In this document: piece after piece, positions 1 through 13,012 of the stretch | Layout of the letters: each line of letters opens with the position of its first letter | Numbering within the stretch: position 1 is the stretch's first letter | Source of the DNA: Haliotis rufescens | Lineage: Eukaryota | Direction: 5' to 3' | Length of the DNA stretch: 64,000 bases | NCBI RefSeq assembly: GCF_023055435.1 | Contig: NW_025964112.1 | Coordinates: forward strand, 5,084,001-5,148,000 | The notes under the pieces: generated by a model | Seen by the model: the letters and a program-made list of their open reading frames with translations, nothing else | What the model was told of the DNA's origin: nothing | Database searches by the model: none | Program-made: the position numbers and the translations under genes

Positions 1-150
1 AGATGGTACTTGTTCTTTCCCTGCCACGCACTCAGAATTAAGGGGATAAATCAAGAACTGGTTGGCTTGGAGTCAGTATGGTGTGTCAGAGTGGAGTTTC
101 TATGTTAAACTGTGGCATAGTTTCTCAGTGAAGTAGTACTATTAAAACTA
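1..150 (+). mobile_element. SINE-A fragment (Meta-like body), cut by window edge
   Basis: agatggtacttgtt...ccctg...aattaagggg...actggttggcttggagtcagtat...tagtactat matches the SINE-A copies at 50144 and 61306. Confidence 0.8.
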
Positions 151-154
151 CATT

Positions 155-1006
155 ACACACACACAACATACACACAACACACACACACAACACACACACA
201 ACACTCACAATACACACATGCATGCAACACACAACACAACATGCACAACACTCACAACACACACAACACACACACAACACACACACAACATTCACAACAC
301 ACACACACACACAACACTCACAATACACACATGCATGCAACACCCAACACAACATGCACAACACTCACAACACACACACAACATACACACACACAACACA
401 CAACACTCACAACACACACACAACATACACACAACACTCACAACACACACAACACACACAGACAACACTCACAACACACACAACACCCAACACAACATGC
501 ACAACACTCACAACACACACAAAACACACACAACATACACACAACATTCACACAACACTCACAACACACACACAACACACACACAACACTCACAACACAC
601 AACACTCACAACACACACACAACACACACACAACATACACACAACACACACAGACAACACTCACAACACACACAACACCCAACACAACATGCACAACACT
701 CACAACACACACACAACATACACACAACATTCACACAACACTCACAACACACACACAACACACACACAACACACACACAACACAACACTCACAACACTCA
801 CAACACTCACACAACACACACACAACATACACACAACACACACAGACAACACTCACAACACACACAACACCCAACACAACATGCACAACACTCACAACAT
901 ACACACAACACACTCACAACACACACACAACACACACACAACACTCACAACACACACACAACATACACACAACACACACAGACAACACTCACAACACACA
1001 CACACT
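155..1006. repeat. Complex CA-rich micro/minisatellite with higher-order period of about 192 bp
   Basis: (CA)n/CAA variants; landmark gacaacactc at about 461, 653, 845 and 981; contains acacatgcatgca as in the SINE-A internal CA tract. Confidence 0.95.
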
Positions 1007-1623
1007 CAGAGCAGAAATATTGTGTGGGTATCTTAACTTACGGGAGGTTGTGTAATCAGAACCACATCACATGTTTTACGTCTACATGCTTTATGTCTAC
1101 ATGTTTTTGGACAGAAAATCCCACTCTTGAATCATTAGCCTCTAGAACTGTGCCAGGACAAACACAATTAATCCCTTCCAACTACAGTCAGGGAGCCATT
1201 TGCTGGGAGATATTTCAAGGGAATGATAAATGTCAGTCCTATAGTAGAAGGCAAAAAGTATTCTTCTTTCTACTTCCAAGGGTTCTTTAGTCAGCATCTT
1301 GGTACGCATTCCCAACCCTTCTCTGAGAATCTTGTCATCATTACGACACAGACACATGAGACTCAGACACAGCAATACCACACGGAGGGGTCAGTAACAT
1401 GCTTACCAGACACACAAGTGCCAGAGGCCTTATGAACAACATCATTAATAGGTGCTCATATATATTATCATAAGTATTGGAATTTGTGAACTAAATTTAC
1501 AAATGCCTGAAAGAAGTCACTGTCCTCACACTCTAGCTCAAACACCTGACTGCAATACAGACTCTGAAATGGAAGTCTTCACACATCATAATACATCATT
1601 ATACACGACCATGGTTGAGTAAC

Positions 1624-2706
1624 TGAGTGCGTGAGTGAGTTGGTTTCAGGTCGGCCAGGTGAGTGAGTGAGTAAGTTGGTGCCAGGTTGGATGGGTGAGT
1701 GAGTGAGTGAGTTGGTGCCAGGTCGGCCGGGTCAGTGGGTGAGTGAGCTGGTGCCATTGGTCGGCCGGGTCAGTGAGTGAGTGAGCTGGTGCCATTGGTC
1801 GGCCGGGTCAGTGAGTGAGTGAGCTGGTGCCATTGGTCGGCCGGGTGAGTGAGTGAGTAAGTTGGTGCCAGGTTGGATGGGTGAGTGAGTGAGTGAGCTG
1901 GTGCCATTGGTCGGCCAGGTCAGTGAGTGAGTGAGCTGGTGCCATTGGTCGGCCGGGTGAGTGAGTGAATAAGTTGGTGCCAGGTTGGATGGGTGAGTGA
2001 GTGAGTAAGTTGGTGCCATTGGTCGGCCGGGTGAGTGAGTGAGTGAGTGAGTGAGTGAGTTGGTGCCATTGGTCGGCCGGGTCAGTGGGTGAGTGAGCTG
2101 GTGCCATTGGTCGGCCGGGTGAGTGAGTGAGTGAGTTGGTGCCAGGTTGGATGGGTGAGTGAGTGAGTGAGTTGGTTTCAGGTTGGATGGGTGAGTGAGT
2201 GAGTAAGTTGGTGCCAGGTTGGATGGGTGAGTGAGTGAGTAAGTTGGTGCCAGGTTGGATGGGTGAGTGAATTAGTGAGTTGGTGCCAGGTTGGATGGGT
2301 GAGTGAGTGAGTGAGTTGGTGCCAGGTTGGATGGGTGAGTGAGTGAGTAAGTTGGTGCCAGGTCGGCCAGGTCAGTGAGTGAGTGAGCTGGTGCCATTGG
2401 TCGGCCGGGTGAGTGAGTGAGTAAGTTGGTGCCAGGTTGGATGGGTGAGTGAGTGAGTAAGTTGGTGCCAGGTCGGCCGGGTCAGTGGGTGAGTGAGCTG
2501 GTGCCATTGGTCGGCCGGGTGAGTGAGTGAGTGAGTTGGTGCCAGGTTGGATGGGTGAGTGAGTGAGTAAGTTGGTGCCAGGTCGGCCAGGTCAGTGGGT
2601 GAGTGAGCTGGAGCCAGGTTGGATGGGTGAGTGAGTGAGTTGGTGCCAGGTTGGATGGGTGAGTGAGTGGGAGTGTTGGTGAAAGGTCAGCCTGGTGAGT
2701 GAGTGA
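1624..2706. repeat. (GAGT)n-based minisatellite, units of about 35-40 bp
   Basis: Alternating units gtgagtgagtgagtaagttggtgccaggttggatgg and gtgagtgagctggtgccattggtcggccgggtca. Confidence 0.95.
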
Positions 2707-3002
2707 GAACATGAGTATTTCTGGGAGTCGACAAATAAACAAGCTATAGGCTGCGAAAACATTACTCAAAACTCTGAATCAATGAATGCATGATATCTTT
2801 ATTGTATCGTATTGAGTTTTGAAATCCAGTGAATATAAACATTCCCGCCACCAAGGAACACATGTCCACACATTACATGCTTGTCAGAAAGGAGCACAGC
2901 ACAGTCACTATCAACACATCAGACGAAAAGATGTAACTATCACACTTGATTTATTTGGAATACAACTTTGTGCATAAATTTTTTTGCATCTTATCTTCAA
3001 GT

Positions 3003-3170
3003 GAGTGAGTGAGTGAGTATGGTTTTACGCCGCTTTTAGCAATATTCCAGCAATATCATGGCGGGGGACACCAGAGATTGGCTTCACACATTGTACCCAT
3101 GTCGGGAATCTAACCCGGGTCTTTGGCGTGAAGAGCAAACGCTTTAACCACTAGGCTACCCAACCGCCCC
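3003..3170 (-). mobile_element. SINE-C, full length (tRNA-Asp-like head, (ACTC)n tail)
   Basis: A box TAGCCTAGTGG and B-box-like GGTTAGATTCC on minus strand; 13-bp TSD cttatcttcaagt (2990-3002, 3171-3183). Confidence 0.9.
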
Positions 3171-3898
3171 CTTATCTTCAAGTAAATAAGACCAAGGAAA
3201 GAACTAAATATTCTTATTCAACAAGTGATCACAAAATCAAGCCTGAGGCTTAAATTTCATCATCTGAATTGTATTAGTTGCTCGTATTTCCACAAGGTGT
3301 AGCTGCCACATGCACAGCTTACACTCAGTTGTATACACAGAATATTAGGTTAATATTATTTAGGCTTCATTCATGGAGGTTGATTTTTGTGGGCTGCACT
3401 GCCATGTATGCAGTGTACCAGTTGCACAGTCCGTCACGACGACACACGCAGGAGGACAAGTACCTGGTGGAGAATTATGGGATTCAGCCTGTGGAGCACC
3501 CTGGCAGCCATAAAGATGGATTGTGAGAACCTGATCAGGATTAATGCATTCATCAATCAGTTCAAAACAAAACTTGCTATGTCTTGTATTTCACAGTTAA
3601 TGGATCGTGAAAGATTGCCGTTTTGTGGAATTCGCAAAAAGGGAACAATCTGGATAGTTCACACGCAATGAACCCTACTCAAATAAAAACCTTTTAAGGA
3701 ACAGTGGATGAGTTGTTTAATGTGGTATTTCACAGAAACTGTTCCTTTTGCAAATATAAACAGGATATTGATCCATTTATTTTGTGAATAAAAGCACAGC
3801 AAGATACAATAATTTTACTGAATATGACATAAAAATGATTGTAGAAGGGCACATATCATAAACCTGTTCTTCAGATATTCTTCAGTATTTCCGTATCT

Positions 3899-4110
3899 GT
3901 GTGTTTGTTGTTTGCTGCACTCAACAGTCTGTAAATAATCAAGTCTGCACCAGACTATCCAGGGATTGACATTATGAGCAACGTTCACGCAATTGGGATA
4001 TGATGACATGCATCAACCAAGTCCGCGAGCCTGACCACCCGATGCCGTTATACGCCACTTACAAAAAGCATGGGTTTCTGAAGACCAAATCTAACCCAGA
4101 TCTTCAAGGG
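3899..4110 (-). mobile_element. SINE-B copy whose 5' end runs into a 48-bp array
   Basis: gtctgtaaataatc...caattgggatatgatgacatgcatcaaccaagtc...cctgaccacccgat shared with 63070 and other copies. Confidence 0.85.
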
Positions 4111-4865
4111 GACAAGCATGCATTGCTGAAGACCAAATCTAACCCAGATCTTCAAGGGGACAAGCATGCATTGCTGAAAACCAAATCTAACCCAGATCTT
4201 CAAGGGGGACAAGCATGCATTGCTGAAGACCAAATCTAACCCAGATCTTCAAGGAGACAAGCATGCATTGCTGAAAACCAAATCTAACCCAGATCTTCAA
4301 GGGGACAAGCATGCATTGCTGAAAACCAAATCTAACCCAGATCTTCGAGGGGACAAGCATGGGTTTCTGAAGACCAAATCTAACCCAGATCTTCAAGGAG
4401 ACAAGCATGGGTTTCTGAAGACCAAATCTAACCCAGATCTTCAAGGGGACAAGCATGCATTGCTGAAGACCAAATCTAACCCAGATCTTCAAGGGGACAA
4501 GCATGCATTGCTGAAAACCAAATCTAACCCAGATCTTCAAGGGGACAAGCATGCATTGCTGAAAAACAAATCTAACCCAGATCTTCAAGGGGACAAGCAT
4601 GGGTTTCTGAAGACCAAATCTAACCCAGATCTTCAAGGAGACAAGCATGGGTTTCTGTAGACCAAATCTAACCCAGATCTTGAAGGGGACAAGCATGTAT
4701 TGCTAAAGACCAAATCTAACCCAGACATTCAAGGGGACAAGCATGCATTGCTGAAGACCAAATCTAACCCAGACCTTCAAGGGGACAAGCATGCATTGCT
4801 GAAGACCAAATCTAACCCAGATCTTCAAGGGGACAAGCATGCATTGCTGAAGACCAAATCTAACC
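4063..4865. repeat. 48-bp minisatellite, about 17 copies, derived from the SINE-B 5' end
   Basis: Unit caagcatgcattgctgaagaccaaatctaacccagatcttcaagggga versus SINE-B caagcatgggttgctgaagacctattctaccccggatcttcacggg. Confidence 0.95.
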
Positions 4866-5024
4866 ATGATTGAGATGCCATGCATAGGGGGCACATGTGA
4901 AAGAGTTTATTGTCCTTGATCAACAATCAAGCCACATCTTTTCTGGAAATAATCAAGTGAGGCCCATGTTTACCAGTGGCTGACTGCATGAGCAAAACCC
5001 AGCCAGGTTGCACTTTGCAGCCAA

Positions 5025-5878
5025 TAGCGGTGTAACGACACAGCTATAAGTACTGTATCCCAAAATGAGGCCCACGAAACAATACATTGATTTACAACCC
5101 TTGTATCCAGTACATATGATACACTACATTACGAGTCATATTGGTCTACAAACACATGAATATTAACATAACCTGTTCAACAACCTGCTTACGGAGATTC
5201 TCAAGTATTTGCATTTGGCCAGAAATAGTATAACATTCACTGTCCCATTTAACCTGCATTTATGTTTCTGCCCTACAATGTCCCATCTTTGAGGGGCGAT
5301 GGATAGCCCAGTCAACTAAGGGGCTGCAATTCGCTGGGTTTGAATCCCAATTATGTTTCTAGGTTTACCAGTGCGCGAAGGTTTCACAAAAGTAGTAAAC
5401 GTCTAAAACATGTATCACTCTTCCTCCTACATCAAGCGGACATAGTCTGTCTTACAGACCCTGATACATTTATATCAACTACAGCCCATGCAAGTCTATA
5501 ATGTTTGGCAAGTCTAGATTACTGCAGTATCTGAAAATGAAGAGAATCACTGGGCTCCCTTTTTATTAGATTTTTATTAAGATAACTGAACAACTGTTTT
5601 TTTCTGTACAATATGTTCATTTCAGAGACTATATGTTAGTCTACAAGCGGACACACCATGACAAAACAGGAATACTGTTCTTAGCAGTCTTAAACCCAAC
5701 TCACTCACTTACCCAGGATCACTGAAATTCAAAAACTTATGATTCAGGATTTTGATTCACTTTCAAAAAGAAAAATATTTTTATGAACTAGATATATTGT
5801 GTCGGGTTACAATTTGTATTGCACCCATAGTATTGGACATGTAACATATAGTAACCCCACCGAATCGTTACACCTCTA
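5025..5878. mobile_element. hAT-like non-autonomous DNA element containing a decayed SINE-D (about 5293-5710)
   Basis: Left end tagcggtgtaacgacac is the inverted match of the right end gtatcgttacacctcta. Confidence 0.55.
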
Positions 5879-6416
5879 GTGACCCCACTGAATCGTTACA
5901 CCTCTAGTGACCCCACCGTATCGTTACACCTCTAGTGACCCCACCGTATCGTTACACCTCTAGTGACCCCACCGTATCGTTACACCTCTAGTGACCCCAC
6001 CGTATCGTTACACCTCTAGTGACCCCTCCGTATTGTTACACCTCTAGTGACCCCACCGTATCATTACACCTCTAGTGACCCCACCTTATCATTACACCTC
6101 CAGTGACCCCACCGCATGGCTACACCTCTAGTGACCCCACCGTATCGTTACACCTCTAGTGACCCCACCGCATGGGTACACCTCTAGTGACCCCACCGTA
6201 TTGTCACATCTCTAGTGACCCCACCGTATCGTTACACCTCTAGTGACCCCACCGTATTGTCACATCTCTAGTGACCCCACCGTATCATTACACCTCCAGT
6301 GACCCCACCGCATGGCTACACCTCTAGTGACCCCACCGTATCGTTACACCTCTAGTGACCCCACCGCATGGCTACACCTCTAGTGACCCCACCGTATTGT
6401 CACATCTCTAGTGACC
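5849..6416. repeat. 28-bp minisatellite, about 20 copies
   Basis: Unit tagtgaccccaccgtatcgttacacctc. Confidence 0.95.
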
Positions 6417-9400
6417 AAGTACCCATCCTGAGTCAGACAGACAGTACTTGGAACTCATAACTCTGCCCAGAAACCCATGGAGAAATGCAATGGAGTAACG
6501 ACACATGTACTGAGAGTATGTCTTGCAGGCCAAGTTTGGAAATGAACACGGGCACTCTGACAACATGAACATATACAGTTACCAATGTACTGTATGACAT
6601 CCACTTTCACACACTCATTTGTCAGAATGTTTAAAATACTTCTACTTTGCTTAAACAGGAGCTCCCATTTATCGAAAGACAGACTTTGGAAAAAAGGTAG
6701 AACAAAAGTGTTGTGTAAACATTTAAAACTGCTTCTTAAACTATTCTCTGGTGGCAAAACATGGGTTTGTTTTCTTTGTAAACGGAGAGCTTGTCACTTC
6801 TTTGAGTCAAGCTGGTATCCCCATTGCAATTCCTGACTGGACCCTGGTGTAATTAGGTCACATGGTGTAACCAACTAAATCTTTGAAGCCCACACCACAG
6901 TCTATCAAAATAAAACTTGTGAATGAATAAAAAAAAAAAGAAATGCAGCCAATGTTGTCCCCGGGACCATTATAATCTACAAATATTCAACACATGTGTC
7001 AAGAAAATCTATCAACAATCTCTTCTGACATATATTCTCTATTTTAATTTTGTTATGTACATTTTTTTCATACAAACAATGTGGTAGAGTCATCTGATTT
7101 GCTGCTGCCACCCAGGAAGTGAGTGAATGTTGTTTAAGGCCAGTCAGCAGAACTCCCGCTCTATCACGACATCCTGTTAACAATCAAGTCTGGACCAGGC
7201 AATCCAGTCACTGAGAACAACAAACATTTATCCAAAGGCTTGGGACACAATGACAATCAGTCTGTCTATGTGACGCCTCATGCAAGGAGAATGTATGGCT
7301 GTTGCATTAGTCAAAACAAAATCTGTTCCTGTAGTGAAACTATTCCTTTGTACTATTTTCCTACAGGGAAATTATTCCCATGGAACAGTTTTTTCAAGAA
7401 AATACTTCAACTGTACATGTATACTGGCAATATTTGTTGCGGAAGAACCAAATTCCATGTGGAGCTGATGATCGTTGACGTGAGCGCCTGACTTGGGACT
7501 GAGCATGCTCCCATCAAACTGGAGCTAAAGCAGTCTTAGGACCCAACTAGATTGGGATGTGCCTTCTGTTGTTGAGGGAGCATGTATACTCACCACCAAA
7601 AGAAACACAAACCATAGAAACATATATAGAAATATCTATGTTAAGAAGAGATGTTTTTCTAATGTGTGCCACTTAATGACAAAACTTACAATAAGTCAAG
7701 TGTCTTCATTCTTATCACGATATACTGCACATTATTTCAAAACTTTTACATGCTAATCCTGCATGAGACAAATGGTGCATCTCGAGTCATGGATTGATGA
7801 TGTCACATGTAATGTATTCAGGAGCATTGGTTCACACAATATAAGTGTATGTTCATTTGTGCTGTTATTTCATTCCTGCAAGTTTACACTGTTTCTTTCA
7901 TGCTGATTGGCTGAATGGGTAGTCACATGATCTGATATTTGGAGTTCACACACCTGTGAACAGACAGAAAACTTGTGAACTTTTGCTGGAACTACTTTCT
8001 GGGGTTTCCCTGAATTCTCGATCGGTGTTTACAATCAATTCATTTTTCTAGTTTCTTTCTAATCCCTGTATTTATCAGCAATATAATTAATTTAGTATTT
8101 TTGCCTGGTAACATTTCTTCTGACTAAAAAATAAATAAATGGTTGGTTCTGGTGCTTAATGTCGTCTAGCTGCTAGATGAAACAAAATGGATTGTCCTTA
8201 CGGTGATTTGGATATGGAATGGCTATCTATCAATACTAATAATGCAAATGAAGAAAATGAATTCTGTAAAATTACTGAGGTGAACGAAATTGATTTATTG
8301 AGCGTATTTACTTTGATGCCTTGTTTTCTGAAATGACAGGAACTGAGCACCAAGACAATATGCGAATGAAAACTATGTTGTACCTTAATTGTAAAATGTG
8401 GCCGCCAACACAACCTGGTTCACTATTGTATCGGGAAAAAAATCCAAGATTTTGAGAAACCGTAAAACATATAAAGGTAAGGAAAGAAACTTAAATTAAA
8501 AAAACAACAAAAAACCTTGCCAACCTGTTTTACCGACTGGTCATTGGAAACGAGAAAATATATGAAGACAGAATTACTATTCATGTTTCTGAGTTGGCCG
8601 ACCTTCTCCGTGTATTCTAGGCTGAGAAGCGACGACACATGATTAATGACGGGGCACAGAAATGAAGCTGGCATCAGGTCATACAGCAGGTCCATCTCAG
8701 GTGACAAGAAACACCAGATGACAAATCCCAAACTCCAAATATAGCACACCCACACGTTGAAAATTAACAAAAAACACACAAGTTTCAGACCACTGCGCTC
8801 AATCTCCAGCAGTCCATTGGTTTGCAATTATCCAAACACAAGCAACACATTCATAAATCAGTGATATTCCCAATGAGTCGGGGTGTTTTCCATAACTGTT
8901 CCATAAATTTCATATTTAACAGCAGTAAGTATAAATTTATCCTCATGCTCCCGTTCGACTTGAATGCACCTCTTTACAAACTTATGTGACGTCATACATT
9001 AATGCGCGCCTGAAGGTTGACCTCGCTTCGGTGCATTGAGGTCATGTTTATATTTGTGTTCACTTTCCTGTTACCTATTTTTAAGATTTGATTAATCCCA
9101 AATATTGTTTCTCAATTTGTTTAGAGAATAACATGATGTTGATGTTGACATATTTTCAGATTATGTTGTATTCAAAGAACAATTTTTCTTTGTGTAACTG
9201 AGTAAACATGGAGGTTCACACAGTTTAACCAGCGTTTTTAAATGGTTCACACTTCAATGAACCCATCCAAACTGATGTTCAATTCTTAATTGAACGAATC
9301 TAATATCTCTTGAATAAGAGTAATTCTTCATATATTAACCAACATGTACAGTATTCACGTTTCTTTTGTTTGTGAAGATATATATATAGCGAGTCTTGGA

Positions 9401-9670
9401 GTCAAAGATGACATCGCTACCTGTCAGTTTGCGGACAGGGTTAAACTCCATGTTCATTCCTGTGGCCAAGGCCTCCAACTTTGAATCAGAAGGTTTGTGG
9501 TTCAGAACCCGTCACCATATTTATGGATGCTGCATTCAGTACAGTGCAACATCCAACATACAGGTATAGATCTGCAACACATCCTTTCTGAAATTTAAAG
9601 CTATATGATTTGAGAAGTTCCAATCATATTCAGCCTTTCAGTTGGACAAGAGGCAGGTAAAGTGACCATC

Positions 9671-11483
9671 AAACTGATGTTTGCAACTGTATGACCGACA
9701 AGACTGTGAAACTGATGTTTGCAACTGTATGGCCGACATGACTGTGAAACTGATGTTTGCAACTGTATGACTAACATGACAGTGAAACTGATGTTTGCAA
9801 CTGTATGACTAACATGATTGTCAAACTGATGTTTGCAACTGTATGACCGACAAGACTGTGAAACTGATGTTTGCAACTGTATGGCCGACAAGACTGTGAA
9901 ACTGATGTTTGCAACTGTATGACTAACATGATTGTCAAACTGATGTTTGCAACTGTATGGCCGACATGACAGTGAAACTGATGTTTGCAACTGTATGGCC
10001 GACAAGACTGTGAAACTGATGTTTGCAACTGTATGACTAACATGATTGTCAAACTGATGTTTGCAACTGTATGGCCAACATGACAGTGAAACTGATGTTT
10101 GCAACTGTATGGCCGACAAGACTGTGAAACTGATGTTTGCAACTGTATGGCCGACATGATGGTAAAACTGATGTTTGCAACTGTATGGCCGACAAGACTG
10201 TGAAACTGATGTTGGCAACTGTATGGCTGACATGATGGTAAAACTGATGTTTGCAACTGTATGACTAACATGATTGTCAAACTGATGTTTGCAACTGTAT
10301 GGCTGACAAGACTGTGAAACTGATGTTTGCAACTGTATGACTAACATGACAGTGAAACTGATGTTTGCAACTGTATGGCCGACATGATAGTGAAACTGAT
10401 GTTGGCAACTGTATGGCCGACAAGACTGTGAAACTGATGTTTGCAACTGTATGACTAACATGATTGTCAAACTGATGTTTGCAACTGTATGGCCGACATG
10501 ACAGTGAAACTGATGTTTGCAACTGTATGGCCGACAAGACTGTGAAACTGATGTTTGCAACTGTATGACCGACAAGACTGTGAAACCGATGTTTGCAACT
10601 GTATGGCCGACATGATGGTAAAACTGATGTTTGCAACTGTATGACTAACATGATTGTCAAACTGATGTTTGCAACTGTATGGCCAACATGACAGTGAAAC
10701 TGTTGTTTGCAACTGTATGGCCGACATGACAGTGAAACTGATGTTTGCAACTGTATGGCCGACAAGACTGTGAAACTGATGTTTGCAACTGTATGACCGA
10801 CAAGACTGTGAAACCGATGTTTGCAACTGTATGGCCGACATGATGGTAAAACTGATGTTTGCAACTGTATGACTAACATGATTGTCAAACTGATGTTTGC
10901 AACTGTATGGCCGACAAGACTGTGAAACTGATGTTTGCAACTGTATGACTAACATGACAGTGAAACTGATGTTTGCAACTGTATGGCCGACATGATAGTG
11001 AAACTGATGTTGGCAACTGTATGGTCGACATGACAGTGAAACTGATGTTGGCAACTGTATGACGGACATGACAGTGAAACTGATGTTGGCAACTGTATGA
11101 CGGACATGACAGTGAAACTGATGTTGGCAACTGTATGACCGACATGACAGTGAAACTGATGTTGGCAACTGTATGACTAACATGACAGTGAAACTGATGT
11201 TTGCAACTGTATGACCGACATGACAGTGAAACTGATGTTTGAAACTGTATGGCCAACATGACAGTGAAACTGATGTTTGCAAGTGTATGACCAACATGAC
11301 AGTGAAACTGATGTTGGCAACTGTATGACTGACATGACAGTGAAACTGATGTTGGCAACTGTATGACCGACATGACAGTGAAACTGATGTTGGCAACTGT
11401 ATGACCGACATGACAGTGAAACTGATGTTGGCAACTGTATGACCGACATGACAGTGAAACTGATGTTGGCAACTGTATGACCA
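9671..11483. repeat. 38-bp minisatellite, about 48 copies
   Basis: Unit aaactgatgtttgcaactgtatggccgacatgacagtg with three or four recurring variants. Confidence 0.97.
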
Positions 11484-12414
11484 TAATCTGGAAGGTTTCT
11501 TTTCTAACATAACCTGAAATAAATCCAGCATAGTTAAATCCATACTTAATGACCAAATAATTAATCTTAATATATCACGGCAAAAACATTGGCAAAGGAA
11601 GCATGACATTTCTGAGAAAGCCCCTGGCTGGACATGGAACACACTTCACCCACATGTCTGTCCCAGCACTCCAGGTCACAAGCCATCAGCATACATGTTG
11701 ACAAACATTGACAAAACCTGATTTGTAGTGGTTAGATAATGCCAATGAACAGATGATAATCATCATCAACCCATTAATCAAATAAATAAATATTTTAAGG
11801 ACAAATATTGTTTAAACAAAGTATGAAGCTTTTATGGCTTAATCAGTACTCAATAAACACAATAGCTCACGTCATACGCCGAGGGTGAAATCAGAACAAG
11901 GCCAGGCTTATGGATATGCTGAGCCAATATGTCAAGACAGTGAAAAGGAATTTAAAATGTCAACCCAGAAAATATTAGATAAAAAAAAAGCTCCCCTGTG
12001 ATACACATCTCAGTTCTTGTCTACCACATACTGTTGGAAAATGTTTGCAAGTTATTCACAAGATCTTTTTCTCCAAGGAACAATGGTTTTTATTTTGATT
12101 AACTGAAAAGTCTGCATGGGATGATGATTATCAGCCTTCACATGTTGAATGAAGCACCCATAATAGGTAAGAACAGCTTTCAGTTGACATCAATAGCATC
12201 ACATCTTACAGATTAAAGCATTAATGTTTGTTAAAAAGGTTAATATATCATTTTCTATCACTTCATTGTATCCGGCCTGATTTAGAACAAATCCACTTTA
12301 TTCCTGTCAATCAATTAATAGAAGCAACTTTCCAACATGTGGCTTCTGGTTGTCATATTGTTGAAGGGTGGTGGGTTAGACTAGTGGATAGAGGGTTTGA
12401 TTGTTACGTCGAAA

Positions 12415-12922
12415 AGTGAGAGAGTGAGTTTGGTTTATAGAGTTTGGTTTGAACAGTATCACAGTTATATCCCAGCGGATCAGCTTGATGTGGGAGTTAA
12501 GCAACCCACAGGCACTGGTGTTGTGCTGACAAACCTAGAAACACAATCTTTTGTTTGTTTGTTTCTTTGTTGTTTAACGCCGCACTCAGCACTATTCCAG
12601 CTATATGATGGCAGTCTGTAAATTATCCAGTCTGGACCAGACAATCCAGTGATTGACATCATGAGCATTGATCCACACAATTGGGATACGATGACATGCA
12701 TCAAACAAGTCAGTGAGTCTGACTACTCGATCCTGTTAGTCGCCTCTTACGACAAGCATAATCGGCTTTTACGGCTAGAATGGATTGCTGAAGACCTATT
12801 CCACCCCGGATCTTCGCGGGTCAGAAACACAATCGGAGCGGACCGGGATTGAACTGATCATAGGCTTCTGGTGTGCCCAAGGAAGCACAGTGAATTGTGG
12901 TGTCTCAGACAACTAGGCCACC
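12415..12922 (-). mobile_element. Decayed SINE-D interrupted by SINE-B
   Basis: gtgagagagtgagtttgg tail, gtgctgacaaacctagaaac, and continuation after 12834 aatcggagcggaccgggattgaac. Confidence 0.75.
12549..12822 (-). mobile_element. SINE-B, full length, nested in SINE-D
   Basis: 12-bp TSD agaaacacaatc (12537-12548, 12823-12834); (AAAC)n tail; 5' end GACCCG. Confidence 0.9.
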
Positions 12923-13012
12923 TCATGTCGAAGACCTTGGTTCAATTCTCCACATGGGTACAACGTGTCCCCTGCCGCGACATTGCTGGAATATTACTAA
13001 CTGACTCACTCA
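12923..13012 (+). mobile_element. 5'-truncated SINE-C
   Basis: ggttcaattctccacatgggtacaa...ttgctggaatattact...actcactc. Confidence 0.7.

Noticed and set aside
218-1290. His/Thr/Gln/Asn-rich ORFs of 270-350 aa
   Set aside because: Open in all three frames only because the CA repeat lacks stop codons; no domain signal.
4187-4696. 16-aa periodic ORFs
   Set aside because: Translation of a 48-bp SINE-derived array.
7461-7511. C/D box snoRNA-like TGATGA...CTGA with terminal gagc/gctc
   Set aside because: Only about 50 nt, with no recognisable rRNA antisense element.
7890-9070. Possible DNA transposon or Crypton-like relic, and the 134-aa ORF at 8423-8827
   Set aside because: I could not define ends or any protein motif.
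9601-11642. Long Cys/His-containing ORFs that look zinc-finger-like
   Set aside because: The 38-bp unit is not a multiple of 3 and the same peptide cycles through all frames.
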